From Escherichia phage ELT1, in the sequence record MZ892903.1: 64,000 nt of DNA; one strand, 5' to 3'. A model generated the notes under the pieces. The model was given only the letters and a program-made list of their open reading frames with translations, ran no database searches and was not told where the DNA came from. Position 1 is the first letter of the stretch. Each line of letters starts with the position of its first letter. The position numbers and the translations under genes are program-made. Positions 1-8,860 of the stretch are shown piece by piece.

Positions 1-143
1 TTAGCTCTAGACCCATAAGCATCATAATAAGCTTTTTCTTCGTGTTCACGCACTACAATATGGGGTTCATAATCAGTCGGAAACATATTAAGGGCAGAAA
101 CTGCCCCTACACGCTGATAACTTGGAATTACGAATTGAATCAT
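1..143 (-). CDS. N-terminal fragment of a glycosyltransferase-like gene running off the window edge; N-terminus MIQFVIPSYQRVGAV is unlike T4 beta-gt, possibly a T2/T6-type beta-alpha glucosyltransferase
   Basis: ATG at 143-141 on minus strand, open to position 1; ATGA overlap with stop of the seg-like ORF; absent from ORF track because <60 aa in window. Confidence 0.35.
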   Translation of the reverse strand, partial: MIQFVIPSYQRVGAVSALNMFPTDYEPHIVVREHEEKAYYDAYGSRA

Positions 144-781
144 TTAAGTGCCTTACATTTGTCAAAATGGTATCTTGTCATATTTGGCCCACGTCCTTTT
201 AGTCCGCAATGCGGACATATTTTTTCTATCAAATTATGAGGTTTTCCTTTACGATTTTTAGACATCGTTTCTTTAATTATTTTAGCTTTTTCTACGCCAA
301 AAATTTCTTCATAAGTTTTACCAGAATTTTCCTTGGCTCGATTTATAATTCCATATGCCTGCTCATTTTTACCATACATTGGATTACCTTCGCCTTTCAT
401 TCTTTTAGAATGATCAGGACGCTTGATTCCACGAAAGGCATTTCCGCACTTATATCTTTCTTCTGGAGATAGTTTTTTACCGTACATTCCATTTAATTTG
501 CCTGGAAAACTTCCTCCCCATGCTTCATTCTTTAAATTATATGAATCCGGACAATTAGCAGCATCTAAACAAGTTAAAATAATTTCTTCAACCTGTCTAA
601 ACATTGGTCCTTCATATAATATTTCTTTATTAAAGGATTTTATTCCATATTTCTTTTTAGCATGTTGCCAAACTACACCCGAACCATCATAATTCGGGTT
701 GTGACCATCATGACTTCCTATATACCACTTTTTAGTTTTAGGATGTTTATACTTATAAACATGTGGCACATTTACTTCCAT
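140..781 (-). CDS. seg-like GIY-YIG homing endonuclease with NUMOD3-type repeats
   Basis: 213 aa; VYKYKH...KWYIGS GIY-YIG-like N-terminus; repeated G.MYGKK/NPMYGK motifs; free-standing between gene 42 and the glycosyltransferase. Confidence 0.6.
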   Translation of the reverse strand: MEVNVPHVYKYKHPKTKKWYIGSHDGHNPNYDGSGVVWQHAKKKYGIKSFNKEILYEGPMFRQVEEIILTCLDAANCPDSYNLKNEAWGGSFPGKLNGMYGKKLSPEERYKCGNAFRGIKRPDHSKRMKGEGNPMYGKNEQAYGIINRAKENSGKTYEEIFGVEKAKIIKETMSKNRKGKPHNLIEKICPHCGLKGRGPNMTRYHFDKCKALK

Positions 782-1512
782 TTTCCAGTATAATCCTTTT
801 TAGCAATATGAGTCTCACCGGTGTTCCACCAATGGTCAACTAAATAAAACTGATTTTCGTACACATGAAGACTTCCAACGTTCCATATAATAGAACCTGC
901 TTTATATTGCCGCGATGGGTCGCCTGCATTCAAATCAGATACTAATTTATCTAGTACGTATTTTTGCCAAGCATAATCATTACGATAGCCTGCCCAGCAA
1001 TCATTGCTTCTCATGCTAACAACCGCATTGACTTTCTTATCACGAATCAGGTACTGTACTGTATTAGTACACATGAAATCTGACATACCATCTTTATTGT
1101 AGTCAAATTGCATGGATGGACGAGTATAAATCATGATACCACGTCGAGAATCAGGATTTTGACCAAGTTCAGCTAAACACATATCATACTGGGCATAGTT
1201 ATCTTCTGACCAGATAGCCCAACCATAATTCGAGTTAATTTCACCTTTAGAAGATGCTACCTGCTGCCAAATCTTCGGTGTTTCACCTGGAATATCTTTA
1301 ACAAACAGACTTTGAGACTTATACCATTCAAGTTCACGCTGAATGTATTCATCATTAAGAGCGCCAAAAATAAACGGTTCATCTGCTACAAATGATGCGC
1401 CAATAATTTCAATAGTTTTAACGCCAGTTTTATCAACTACGAAATCTTTTTCCTTTAATGCAAGCCCCAAATGAAGACGGATTTCTTCAACTGTCATAGA
1501 GTCACTAATCAT
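772..1512 (-). CDS. 42: dCMP hydroxymethylase
   Basis: 246 aa, same length and recognisable sequence as T4 gp42; synteny with imm and 43. Confidence 0.9.
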   Translation of the reverse strand: MISDSMTVEEIRLHLGLALKEKDFVVDKTGVKTIEIIGASFVADEPFIFGALNDEYIQRELEWYKSQSLFVKDIPGETPKIWQQVASSKGEINSNYGWAIWSEDNYAQYDMCLAELGQNPDSRRGIMIYTRPSMQFDYNKDGMSDFMCTNTVQYLIRDKKVNAVVSMRSNDCWAGYRNDYAWQKYVLDKLVSDLNAGDPSRQYKAGSIIWNVGSLHVYENQFYLVDHWWNTGETHIAKKDYTGKWK

Positions 1513-1665
1513 TTAAACCTCAATTGATACATTCATATTTAACTTGTAACAGTAATAAACCCCAACCTAAAATAATAGTTGGAATCATAAGAGGAACCGT
1601 TACACTATAGTATATACTTATTATAACCATCAAGATTAAAAGCAATGCTGTTATAATTTTGCTTT

Positions 1666-1917
1666 TCATTCCTTCTCTCTGATGATAATTACCTGATTTG
1701 GCTGCGCAGACTTTTTAGTTTCACCCGCAATTGACCAAATAAATGTAATAAACCAACCAATAATTGACCAGTTAAACAGTAAAGATGTGAAAAAGATTCC
1801 TACTGTCGATTTTGACCCACGCATCAAGGCGATAAACCACGGAAGCATGTATATAATAATAGCCAACACGCCTGAAACTAAAACCATAAAAATTGAACCT
1901 GCTACTAAAGTTTCCAT
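1666..1917 (-). CDS. imm: immunity to superinfection membrane protein
   Basis: 83 aa hydrophobic protein with two predicted TM helices in the T4 imm position. Confidence 0.75.
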   Translation of the reverse strand: METLVAGSIFMVLVSGVLAIIIYMLPWFIALMRGSKSTVGIFFTSLLFNWSIIGWFITFIWSIAGETKKSAQPNQVIIIREKE

Positions 1918-1924
1918 GTTTTCC

Positions 1925-2305
1925 TCACTTAGTCAAATTTTTTACACATGAATTATAAGAATTCACTACATACTCCATCGGAGCATTTTTACCTGTACGC
2001 CATTGGTAATTATTAGCCCAATTTGCCCAAAGTTCTGCACAGTAGTTTTCAATTTTTTCTTCGCGTGTAATTACATCCGAATTACGATATGCTTGAGCAG
2101 ATTCATCTGGACGAATAGCTTCGTCAAAATTCGCCTGCATTTGTTCTACTGTCTGTTTTGGAGCTTCTTTATAACACTTGACATTAGGATTATAAAATTT
2201 GCTTGAACAGTTTACAATTTTTCCTACATCAGACTGATTTACTACCGGTCCTTGAGCTACACAACCAGTAAGACCTAATGCAATAACCAAAATAGCGATT
2301 TTCAT
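1925..2305 (-). CDS. predicted lipoprotein, function unknown
   Basis: 126 aa; signal peptide with lipobox LTGC; several Cys. Confidence 0.5.
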   Translation of the reverse strand: MKIAILVIALGLTGCVAQGPVVNQSDVGKIVNCSSKFYNPNVKCYKEAPKQTVEQMQANFDEAIRPDESAQAYRNSDVITREEKIENYCAELWANWANNYQWRTGKNAPMEYVVNSYNSCVKNLTK

Positions 2306-2315
2306 AATAATTTCC

Positions 2316-2573
2316 TCAAATACAAGTAGTAATTACTCCAGTAGTGCTTACACAGATATTACCTAATTGAACACCCAGCGTTCCATTAGTATTCATATGA
2401 AGATTATCATCAATTTTTGTTGATACTTTACCATTCATGTGAATAACAGTATTAGATTCAATCACATTCTGAGTGTCATTTTCAATATCAATAAATGGAA
2501 CAGCTGCTAATGCAACTAGAACAACTGCTAATGCAACTAAACACGCTGCTAAACAACCATAAACAATTTTCAT
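2316..2573 (-). CDS. small predicted lipoprotein; ORF-track N-terminal extension is read-through of the upstream promoter
   Basis: Start moved to internal ATG 2573-2571 (MKIVYGCLAAC) with GGAG SD; upstream part encodes the promoter artefact HGTIQLS. Confidence 0.45.
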   Translation of the reverse strand: MKIVYGCLAACLVALAVVLVALAAVPFIDIENDTQNVIESNTVIHMNGKVSTKIDDNLHMNTNGTLGVQLGNICVSTTGVITTCI

Positions 2574-2607
2574 TTTATTCTCCAAATCCGTATCAGTTGA
2601 TAGTTGT

Positions 2608-2636
2608 ATAGTACCATGGAAGAACAGGGATGTAAA
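2608..2636 (-). promoter_or_regulatory. T4-type early promoter (TTTACA-N17-TACTAT) with A/T-rich upstream element
   Basis: -35 complement at 2631-2636, -10 complement at 2608-2613, 17-nt spacer. Confidence 0.55.
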
Positions 2637-2725
2637 CGGTTTTGTGAAAAAATTTTTAATGAATTCCAGAGGTCCAGAATCATCTATTTTTCCTAAGTAT
2701 AGATTTATATTACTTGTATGAAAAA

Positions 2726-2741
2726 GGGACCCGGAGGTCCC
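2726..2741 (-). terminator. GC hairpin (GGGACC UCCG GGUCCC) plus U-run just after gene 43 stop
   Basis: Perfect 6-bp stem, 4-nt loop, followed by UUUUU on minus-strand transcript. Confidence 0.5.
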
Positions 2742-2754
2742 TAGATTTATTCTA

Positions 2755-5451
2755 TCAGCCAAACAGGAAGTCTAACGAAGCTTTTTCTTCATAGTCCATG
2801 CCAGCCGATTCACACATACCTGCAAGCGGTTTAACAAACGATTTTTGGAACAAAGTTGAATGGTCAATCCAAGATAGTACATCAGAACGAATTTCTTTTG
2901 GAAGTTCTGTACCCGATGGCCAAGCAATGCACTTGTCACCAAATGGATTTCCTTCACGTAATGGAAGAACCATTACTTTATTTCCATCCAAAATTGGAGC
3001 TACACCTAGACCACTAACAGCTCGACGATAAGTTAGCACACCGCGAATATGGAATGGGCATTTAAACCCTGGCCAACCTTTATCATCATATTTCGCTATA
3101 TCGTTCGCGGTTTTTACTTCAGCAATAACTTTATAGTCAAGTTGACGATATTCTTTCTCGAAGTTCTTGTAGTATTCTTGGACGGACTCTTCACCTTCCT
3201 GAAGAATACGACGAATACTTTCTTCGAGAGCTTCTTGTACTGCTTTTGGTGTTGAACTCTGCTGAGTTTCCATACCCATGATTTTTAAATGCGGTTCAGC
3301 AAATCGCTTATCTTCCATATCATAAACGTTCAGAGCATAACGCTTTTTCGCTTTCCAAAATCCACCAACACCCTTTGAACCAAGTGGAGGGCAAGAAATA
3401 GCTTCACGGTCCATATGCATCAGATGCTCGCGGTTATTCATATAATCACATAACTCACGATATGCAACATCAATCATAGGTTCCATCTTTTTCTTACCGA
3501 ACTGATTCATAAATTCAACCAAATCGTTCTGCTCTTTGAATCGGTCAAGACCAACTTTTTCAATAACTTTATCTACACAAACATATACCGAATCAGTATC
3601 ACCTGCTGCAATGAAATCTTCGCCATTAGTTCCGCATACTTTATTCAGATATTCATTAATTTTACGAGCAATCCACTGAATACCAACTTGGCCGAAAATT
3701 GTGATAGCAGTAGCATTTCGCAAATCATAGTAACGGAAATGAATATTACCAAGAGCACCGTAAAGACTGTTAATGAGAATTTTACGGTTCAGCTGATTTG
3801 TGTTAGCAAGTGTAGCAGCTTTTTCACATTCCTCAATCAGACTATTGAGAACAGATTCGGTGTAATTCGATAGTTCATTTAAGAAATCATCACTGAACTT
3901 AACATATCGTTCAACTTCTGGTTTAGTTGAACAAGACCCTGCGCCTTTCATAATAATCTTTTTAATAGCTTCGGCATTCATTTCTTCAGCGAACATTTTC
4001 TTTTTCCAATCTTTACGCTGGAAAAATACTTTAGCGATTTCCTTTGGAATGATACCTTCTTGATGCTTATCATACATCCATCCATTCGGAGAACAAGAAT
4101 ATTCATCACTCGGTTTAGGAGCTGTTCCTGCAATATATTCATGAATTGGATGAACTTTAAACTGCCCACGAATAGTCTCAGGACTAATGTTAACCTGACG
4201 AATAATGCTAGGATACAGAGACGTCAAGTCAAAACTCATAATATATCGACGAGCAATTGGTTTAGGTTCAAACACAAATGCACCCGGAAAACTTTGTTTA
4301 ACGTGCGAACCCTGTTGAGGAATAACCTTATGTTCACCTTTCAATGAGTTAAAAATAATAGCATCCCAAGTTTTAATAGGACTCATTACACCAGAAAAAG
4401 GCATTTTAGCGTAATAAGACATACTTAAAACTAGATCGATAAACCCGCGAATTTTATCAATTGCTTGAACTGATTCTACGTCAATGATGTTATAACTAAT
4501 GTATCGTTGATGATTAGTCTCACGAAGTTTATTAATAGGACCGTCGTATGGTAATTTACCTTTTTTGGTTTCATGTTGAGCAACTGATTCCAAAGAGAAT
4601 GACGGCAAATTAGTAAAAGCAAATTTCTTGTACAAATCTAAATAATCAAGAATAGATACACCATCAATAGAATAAATTTCTTTGCTGCCGTACATATTTT
4701 GAATTAGTTTAGATTTTACTCGACCGATTGGAGAGAAGCGTTTCATACTACGTTCACCGAGAACCATTTTAACGCGATTCATGATATACGGAACGTCAAA
4801 TCCCTCAATATTCCAACCAGTAAAAATAGCAGGTCGTTTCTGTTCCCAGAGATTGATATATTCCATGAGCATATCACGCTCATTATCGAATGGCATATAA
4901 ATTACTCGGTCAAGAATTTCTTGAGGAACTTCATCACCACCTTCACAGTCAAGCTTAGCAGCTAACTTTGCATCCCATTTTGATACTGAACCATACATTG
5001 AATTCAAAAGGTCGAAAACATAAAAACGATCGTCAATTGAATCATAATGAGTGATAGCATCAATTTCATATTCTGCTTTCATTGGGTCAGGAAATTTATC
5101 GCCAGTAACCTCAATGTCACAGTTAGCTACACGAACAAATTTTCGGTCATAAACAATTTCTGAACCATACGTATCACTGATATAAGCGAGTTTAAAATCG
5201 TTCATACCAAGAGCTTCGAGACCGATGTCTTCCATTCGCTTCATCCAATCTCGTGCATCTTTCATTGATGGAAATTTTTGAGGAGCGCAATTTTTACCAT
5301 AGATGTCTTTATATTTTGACTCTTCCTTACAATGCCTAAACATAGTCGGAAGATATTCTACTTCACGAGTACGTTCCTTTCCGTTTTCATCAATATAACG
5401 CTCAACAATGTTATTTCCGACTGTTTCAATAGAGATATAAAATTCTTTCAT
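2755..5451 (-). CDS. 43: DNA polymerase (family B) with 3'-5' exonuclease
   Basis: 898 aa, same length as T4 gp43; motifs DIE (exo), SLYPS, YGDTDS present. Confidence 0.97.
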   Translation of the reverse strand: MKEFYISIETVGNNIVERYIDENGKERTREVEYLPTMFRHCKEESKYKDIYGKNCAPQKFPSMKDARDWMKRMEDIGLEALGMNDFKLAYISDTYGSEIVYDRKFVRVANCDIEVTGDKFPDPMKAEYEIDAITHYDSIDDRFYVFDLLNSMYGSVSKWDAKLAAKLDCEGGDEVPQEILDRVIYMPFDNERDMLMEYINLWEQKRPAIFTGWNIEGFDVPYIMNRVKMVLGERSMKRFSPIGRVKSKLIQNMYGSKEIYSIDGVSILDYLDLYKKFAFTNLPSFSLESVAQHETKKGKLPYDGPINKLRETNHQRYISYNIIDVESVQAIDKIRGFIDLVLSMSYYAKMPFSGVMSPIKTWDAIIFNSLKGEHKVIPQQGSHVKQSFPGAFVFEPKPIARRYIMSFDLTSLYPSIIRQVNISPETIRGQFKVHPIHEYIAGTAPKPSDEYSCSPNGWMYDKHQEGIIPKEIAKVFFQRKDWKKKMFAEEMNAEAIKKIIMKGAGSCSTKPEVERYVKFSDDFLNELSNYTESVLNSLIEECEKAATLANTNQLNRKILINSLYGALGNIHFRYYDLRNATAITIFGQVGIQWIARKINEYLNKVCGTNGEDFIAAGDTDSVYVCVDKVIEKVGLDRFKEQNDLVEFMNQFGKKKMEPMIDVAYRELCDYMNNREHLMHMDREAISCPPLGSKGVGGFWKAKKRYALNVYDMEDKRFAEPHLKIMGMETQQSSTPKAVQEALEESIRRILQEGEESVQEYYKNFEKEYRQLDYKVIAEVKTANDIAKYDDKGWPGFKCPFHIRGVLTYRRAVSGLGVAPILDGNKVMVLPLREGNPFGDKCIAWPSGTELPKEIRSDVLSWIDHSTLFQKSFVKPLAGMCESAGMDYEEKASLDFLFG

Positions 5452-5490
5452 AGATATTCCTTAGTTTATAGCCCGAGTTATTAGGCTCTT
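5452..5490 (-). promoter_or_regulatory. gene 43 translational operator: hairpin GAGCC-UAAUAACU-CGGGC plus Shine-Dalgarno region
   Basis: Minus-strand sequence GAGCCUAAUAACUCGGGCUAUAAACUAAGGAAUAUCUAUG immediately 5' of gene 43 ATG, matching the recalled T4 gp43 autogenous operator. Confidence 0.55.
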
Positions 5491-5510
5491 GATATATTAT
5501 ACTCCAATTA

Positions 5511-5526
5511 AGGGGCCGAAGCCCCT
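5511..5526 (-). terminator. UUCG-tetraloop hairpin (AGGGGC UUCG GCCCCU) after regA
   Basis: Perfect stem with UUCG loop on minus-strand RNA; no long U-run, so may be a stability or partial-termination element. Confidence 0.4.
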
Positions 5527-5529
5527 TGC

Positions 5530-5898
5530 TTAATTACCAATCGTATATTTAGGAACGAGTTTCCATTCATGTTTTTGTTTAAAAGAAATAACTCGGAAGT
5601 TATTAGTTAAATCTTTCATAAAAGTTCTTTGACCAGGGACGATTTCAATCAGTCCCCAATCTTCTAACAGCCATGCAATCGAATCACGACGAACTTCATC
5701 TTCTTCTGTCATTTCAACTTGGCGACCATCCATACGAAGCATTTCTTTAAAATGAACGATATAGTATAGTCCTTTTTTCTGAAGAATATGACAGGACTGA
5801 TACAGAACTTTATCTTTATTATTAGCAATTCCCATACGAGTCAAAGTTTCTTTTACTTTCAGAAAATCTTCAGGTTTTTTAAGAGTAATTTCAATCAT
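5530..5898 (-). CDS. regA: translational repressor RegA
   Basis: 122 aa, same length as T4 RegA; position between 62 and 43. Confidence 0.9.
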   Translation of the reverse strand: MIEITLKKPEDFLKVKETLTRMGIANNKDKVLYQSCHILQKKGLYYIVHFKEMLRMDGRQVEMTEEDEVRRDSIAWLLEDWGLIEIVPGQRTFMKDLTNNFRVISFKQKHEWKLVPKYTIGN

Positions 5899-5899
5899 T

Positions 5900-6463
5900 T
5901 TACCATTCCAATGCTAGTTTTTTGAGTTGTTTCTGTTCTTTTACGTTCTTAGTCACTTCTTTCAAAAAATCATCCGTGACTAAACCTTTTAGTTCTTTTA
6001 ATACTAAAGGAAGTTTTCCATTTTTAGTAAGAATTGATTTATAGTTAATTGCATCATTTGTATTAACTTGATACCGTTTAGCAAGTAACTTAATAATCAA
6101 TACTTCGGTGGAATCTTCAACCAGTTTTGCCCATTTACCATATCTTTTACCACGAGGAACTGCAGCCATCAGATAATTAAAATGAGCTTCATCACTTAAT
6201 CCAGAACCGATTAAATTCATAGCATATACAGCTGGCATGCACTCTGGAAATTGTGATAATGCATTCTCAACCATGTATTTTGAATAATCTTTTTGAGCAA
6301 TAGAGCATTTAGTTTTATTATTAATAGCTCCAATTATTTCAAAAAATTCATTTTCAGCTTTTTCTTTAAAAGAATCAGCAGCGGATTGGACAGCTGTCCA
6401 ATCTTTTGAATACCAAGCAACTTGATGCTCGTTTAATTGAATATCATCTTCAAATAAGCTCAT
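5900..6463 (-). CDS. 62: clamp loader small subunit
   Basis: Start set at internal ATG giving 187 aa as in T4 gp62, abutting gene 44 stop. Confidence 0.8.
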   Translation of the reverse strand: MSLFEDDIQLNEHQVAWYSKDWTAVQSAADSFKEKAENEFFEIIGAINNKTKCSIAQKDYSKYMVENALSQFPECMPAVYAMNLIGSGLSDEAHFNYLMAAVPRGKRYGKWAKLVEDSTEVLIIKLLAKRYQVNTNDAINYKSILTKNGKLPLVLKELKGLVTDDFLKEVTKNVKEQKQLKKLALEW

Positions 6464-6464
6464 A

Positions 6465-7424
6465 TCACTTCCACTGCATTTCACATGCTAACTGAATGAA
6501 AAGATATGCTAAATGTAATTCAGTATTAGCCGCAATTCCATGATACTGGTTATTTTCACCAACAATTTCATACATACGAATAATACTTTGCGGAGTTACG
6601 CGTGTATAGATTTCTTCGGCAAGTTTACCTACGAACCACGAATAATCAGCTGCATATTTTGGTGCTAAAGCTCTGAGCTGTTTAACATCTTTATTTTTGA
6701 GAGACTCAAGAACATCATCAATAGCACCACGATCGTTAGTAACCAGTGATAAAATACCAGCATCCAAAACACCTTTAGATGAATAACTATCGAGCTCGCC
6801 AATAGTTTTACGAAAATCAGGAAAATTCTTTTTAACCAAAGCTGCTACAACTTTCATATCAGCTATAGCAATTCCTTCACGCTTGCAGATTTCAGTCAAT
6901 CGACGAATCATCTGCTTCATCATTTCAATTTTATCTTCATCGGTCGGTTGACCGAATGTAATAACTCGGCAGCGTGACTGAAGTGGTTTAATAATACCAT
7001 CAATATTGTTAGCAGTAATAATAATACTACAGTTTGAACTATAAGCTTCCATAAAGGAACGAAGATGTCGCTGAGACTCTGCTAACCCTGAACGGTCAAA
7101 TTCATCAATAACGATTACTTTTTGACGACCATCAAATGAAGCTGCACTAGCAAAATTGGTCAAAGGACCGCGAACGAAATCAATTTTACAATCTGACCCA
7201 TTCACAAACATCATATCAGCATTTACATCATGACACAATGCTTTTGCTACAGTTGTTTTACCTGTTCCTGGAGAAGGAGAATGAAGAATAATATGTGGAA
7301 TCTTACCTTTACTTGTAATAGATTTAAAGGTTTCTTTATCAAAGGCGGGAAGAATACATTCATCGATAGTAGATGGACGATATTTCTGTTCAAGAATGTG
7401 TTCTTTTTCATTTACTGTAATCAT
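6465..7424 (-). CDS. 44: clamp loader ATPase subunit
   Basis: Walker A GTGKTT and Walker B VIDEFD; start set at internal ATG for 319 aa as in T4 gp44. Confidence 0.9.
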   Translation of the reverse strand: MITVNEKEHILEQKYRPSTIDECILPAFDKETFKSITSKGKIPHIILHSPSPGTGKTTVAKALCHDVNADMMFVNGSDCKIDFVRGPLTNFASAASFDGRQKVIVIDEFDRSGLAESQRHLRSFMEAYSSNCSIIITANNIDGIIKPLQSRCRVITFGQPTDEDKIEMMKQMIRRLTEICKREGIAIADMKVVAALVKKNFPDFRKTIGELDSYSSKGVLDAGILSLVTNDRGAIDDVLESLKNKDVKQLRALAPKYAADYSWFVGKLAEEIYTRVTPQSIIRMYEIVGENNQYHGIAANTELHLAYLFIQLACEMQWK

Positions 7425-7459
7425 AATTTCCTCATTCAAGTTTTAGTGTAAATTATAAA

Positions 7460-7471
7460 GGGCCGAAGCCC
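7460..7471 (-). terminator. UUCG-tetraloop hairpin (GGGC UUCG GCCC) between genes 45 and 44
   Basis: Stem-loop flanked by A/U runs. Confidence 0.35.
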
Positions 7472-7475
7472 TTTA

Positions 7476-8162
7476 TTAAAAATCGTGGGTAGAATCAGCT
7501 TCAAGAGCTACTACATAATTCGCATGTTCACCTTCAAATTTAGCAGCACCTTGTTTACCTTTTGCCCAGAGCAGAAGTTTATAATTTCCTGGTTGCATTT
7601 TCATATTTGCCATATTGATAATGAAATTAAATGTATTTTCACCATCATAATCACCAAGAGTCAAAGAATATTTAACACGAGTCAAAGCAGAATCTTCTAC
7701 TTTATTAAAACCGTTAATTACGATTTTACCTTCTTTTACCGTGATAGCAATTGTATCAATCTGCAGACCACGAGATACACGCAACAGTTGTTGAAGGTCT
7801 TCAGCTTTAATTTCAGTAACAACAGATGCTACCGGGAATGGAATTGGTTTATTAGGAGCAACTACTGTACTCGGATCGGCTGCTGGCCAAAAAATTGTTG
7901 AACGAGCATCAGCAATTTTAATATTTCCATCTTCTGACTGGGAAATTTCTGCATCATCATTAACTAGAGACAGAATACCGAGAAAACCGTTCAAATCGTA
8001 AATTGCTACATCAAAATCAATAACGTCAGAAATATTTGCTTCCGCATAAGTTGTACCATTAACTGCGCGAGTCATAATAAATTGACCGGATTTAAGCATA
8101 ATACCGGAGTTAATAGTAGCGAAATTTTTCAAAATATTCAGTGTATCTTTAGACAGTTTCAT
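7476..8162 (-). CDS. 45: sliding clamp
   Basis: 228 aa as in T4 gp45; synteny. Confidence 0.9.
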   Translation of the reverse strand: MKLSKDTLNILKNFATINSGIMLKSGQFIMTRAVNGTTYAEANISDVIDFDVAIYDLNGFLGILSLVNDDAEISQSEDGNIKIADARSTIFWPAADPSTVVAPNKPIPFPVASVVTEIKAEDLQQLLRVSRGLQIDTIAITVKEGKIVINGFNKVEDSALTRVKYSLTLGDYDGENTFNFIINMANMKMQPGNYKLLLWAKGKQGAAKFEGEHANYVVALEADSTHDF

Positions 8163-8217
8163 GTAATTTCCTTCAATTCAAATGAGATTTAATTTTATAA
8201 CTAATTTAATAAAGCAA

Positions 8218-8607
8218 TTAACGATTAAAATCAGCCGCAATTGTTTCGGCAACAATTTGAGCAGCAACAATTAGACGTTCATCTGCATTACCGCAATAAT
8301 CATCTTCAAGGCGTTCACCACATGAAGTCATAATAAATTTAGCACCGGCGTTTAGGGATTCTGTAGTATGTTTGCGCATTAGTTCAATCCATTTATTACT
8401 TACTTCACGATCGATAGCTTCATAATACGCATGACGAGCAGGTGCAGATTTAATTTTATTCTGAATAACTTCCATTGCGTTATCAGAAAGAGACAAAACC
8501 CATGCTCGACGAATTTTATTTTGGTTTTGTGGATTTGATTCAGAACGCACGTGTTTTGGCTGAATATCTTTTGCATCAACAGTATAATTCACAGTAATTT
8601 TAGTCAT
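8218..8607 (-). CDS. rpbA: RNA polymerase binding protein RpbA
   Basis: 129 aa ORF in the T4 rpbA position between 45 and 46. Confidence 0.65.
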   Translation of the reverse strand: MTKITVNYTVDAKDIQPKHVRSESNPQNQNKIRRAWVLSLSDNAMEVIQNKIKSAPARHAYYEAIDREVSNKWIELMRKHTTESLNAGAKFIMTSCGERLEDDYCGNADERLIVAAQIVAETIAADFNR

Positions 8608-8616
8608 AATACACCT

Positions 8617-8805
8617 TTAGTCATAATAATCAGTAACAGTCCAAGCTTCATTTCTATTGGACATTATTTTTGTATATTCTGATTTAAATGCATTCCTAAG
8701 CATAGATTCAGTAACTATATGCTCTTCATTAGAAAAATTATTTCTCAGAATATATCGTTTTATTTCAGGAATAGTTAATAGATGCTGTCCAGTTGAATAT
8801 TCCAT
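8617..8805 (-). CDS. hypothetical protein (T4 45.2 position)
   Basis: 62 aa ORF, same strand, tight spacing. Confidence 0.4.
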   Translation of the reverse strand: MEYSTGQHLLTIPEIKRYILRNNFSNEEHIVTESMLRNAFKSEYTKIMSNRNEAWTVTDYYD

Positions 8806-8860
8806 GTTTTTCCTCCATAGAGATTATACTCTAATAAATTAAAGCATAATCTCTTATAAA

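Noticed and set aside
42-692. Plus-strand ORFs 42-239, 209-472, 423-692
   Set aside because: Antisense to the seg-like endonuclease ORF and the glycosyltransferase start; low-complexity translations
2798-4347. Plus-strand ORFs (2798-3031, 3049-3255, 3688-3873, 4060-4347) inside gene 43
   Set aside because: They lie antisense within the well-supported DNA polymerase ORF and are low-complexity; shadow ORFs
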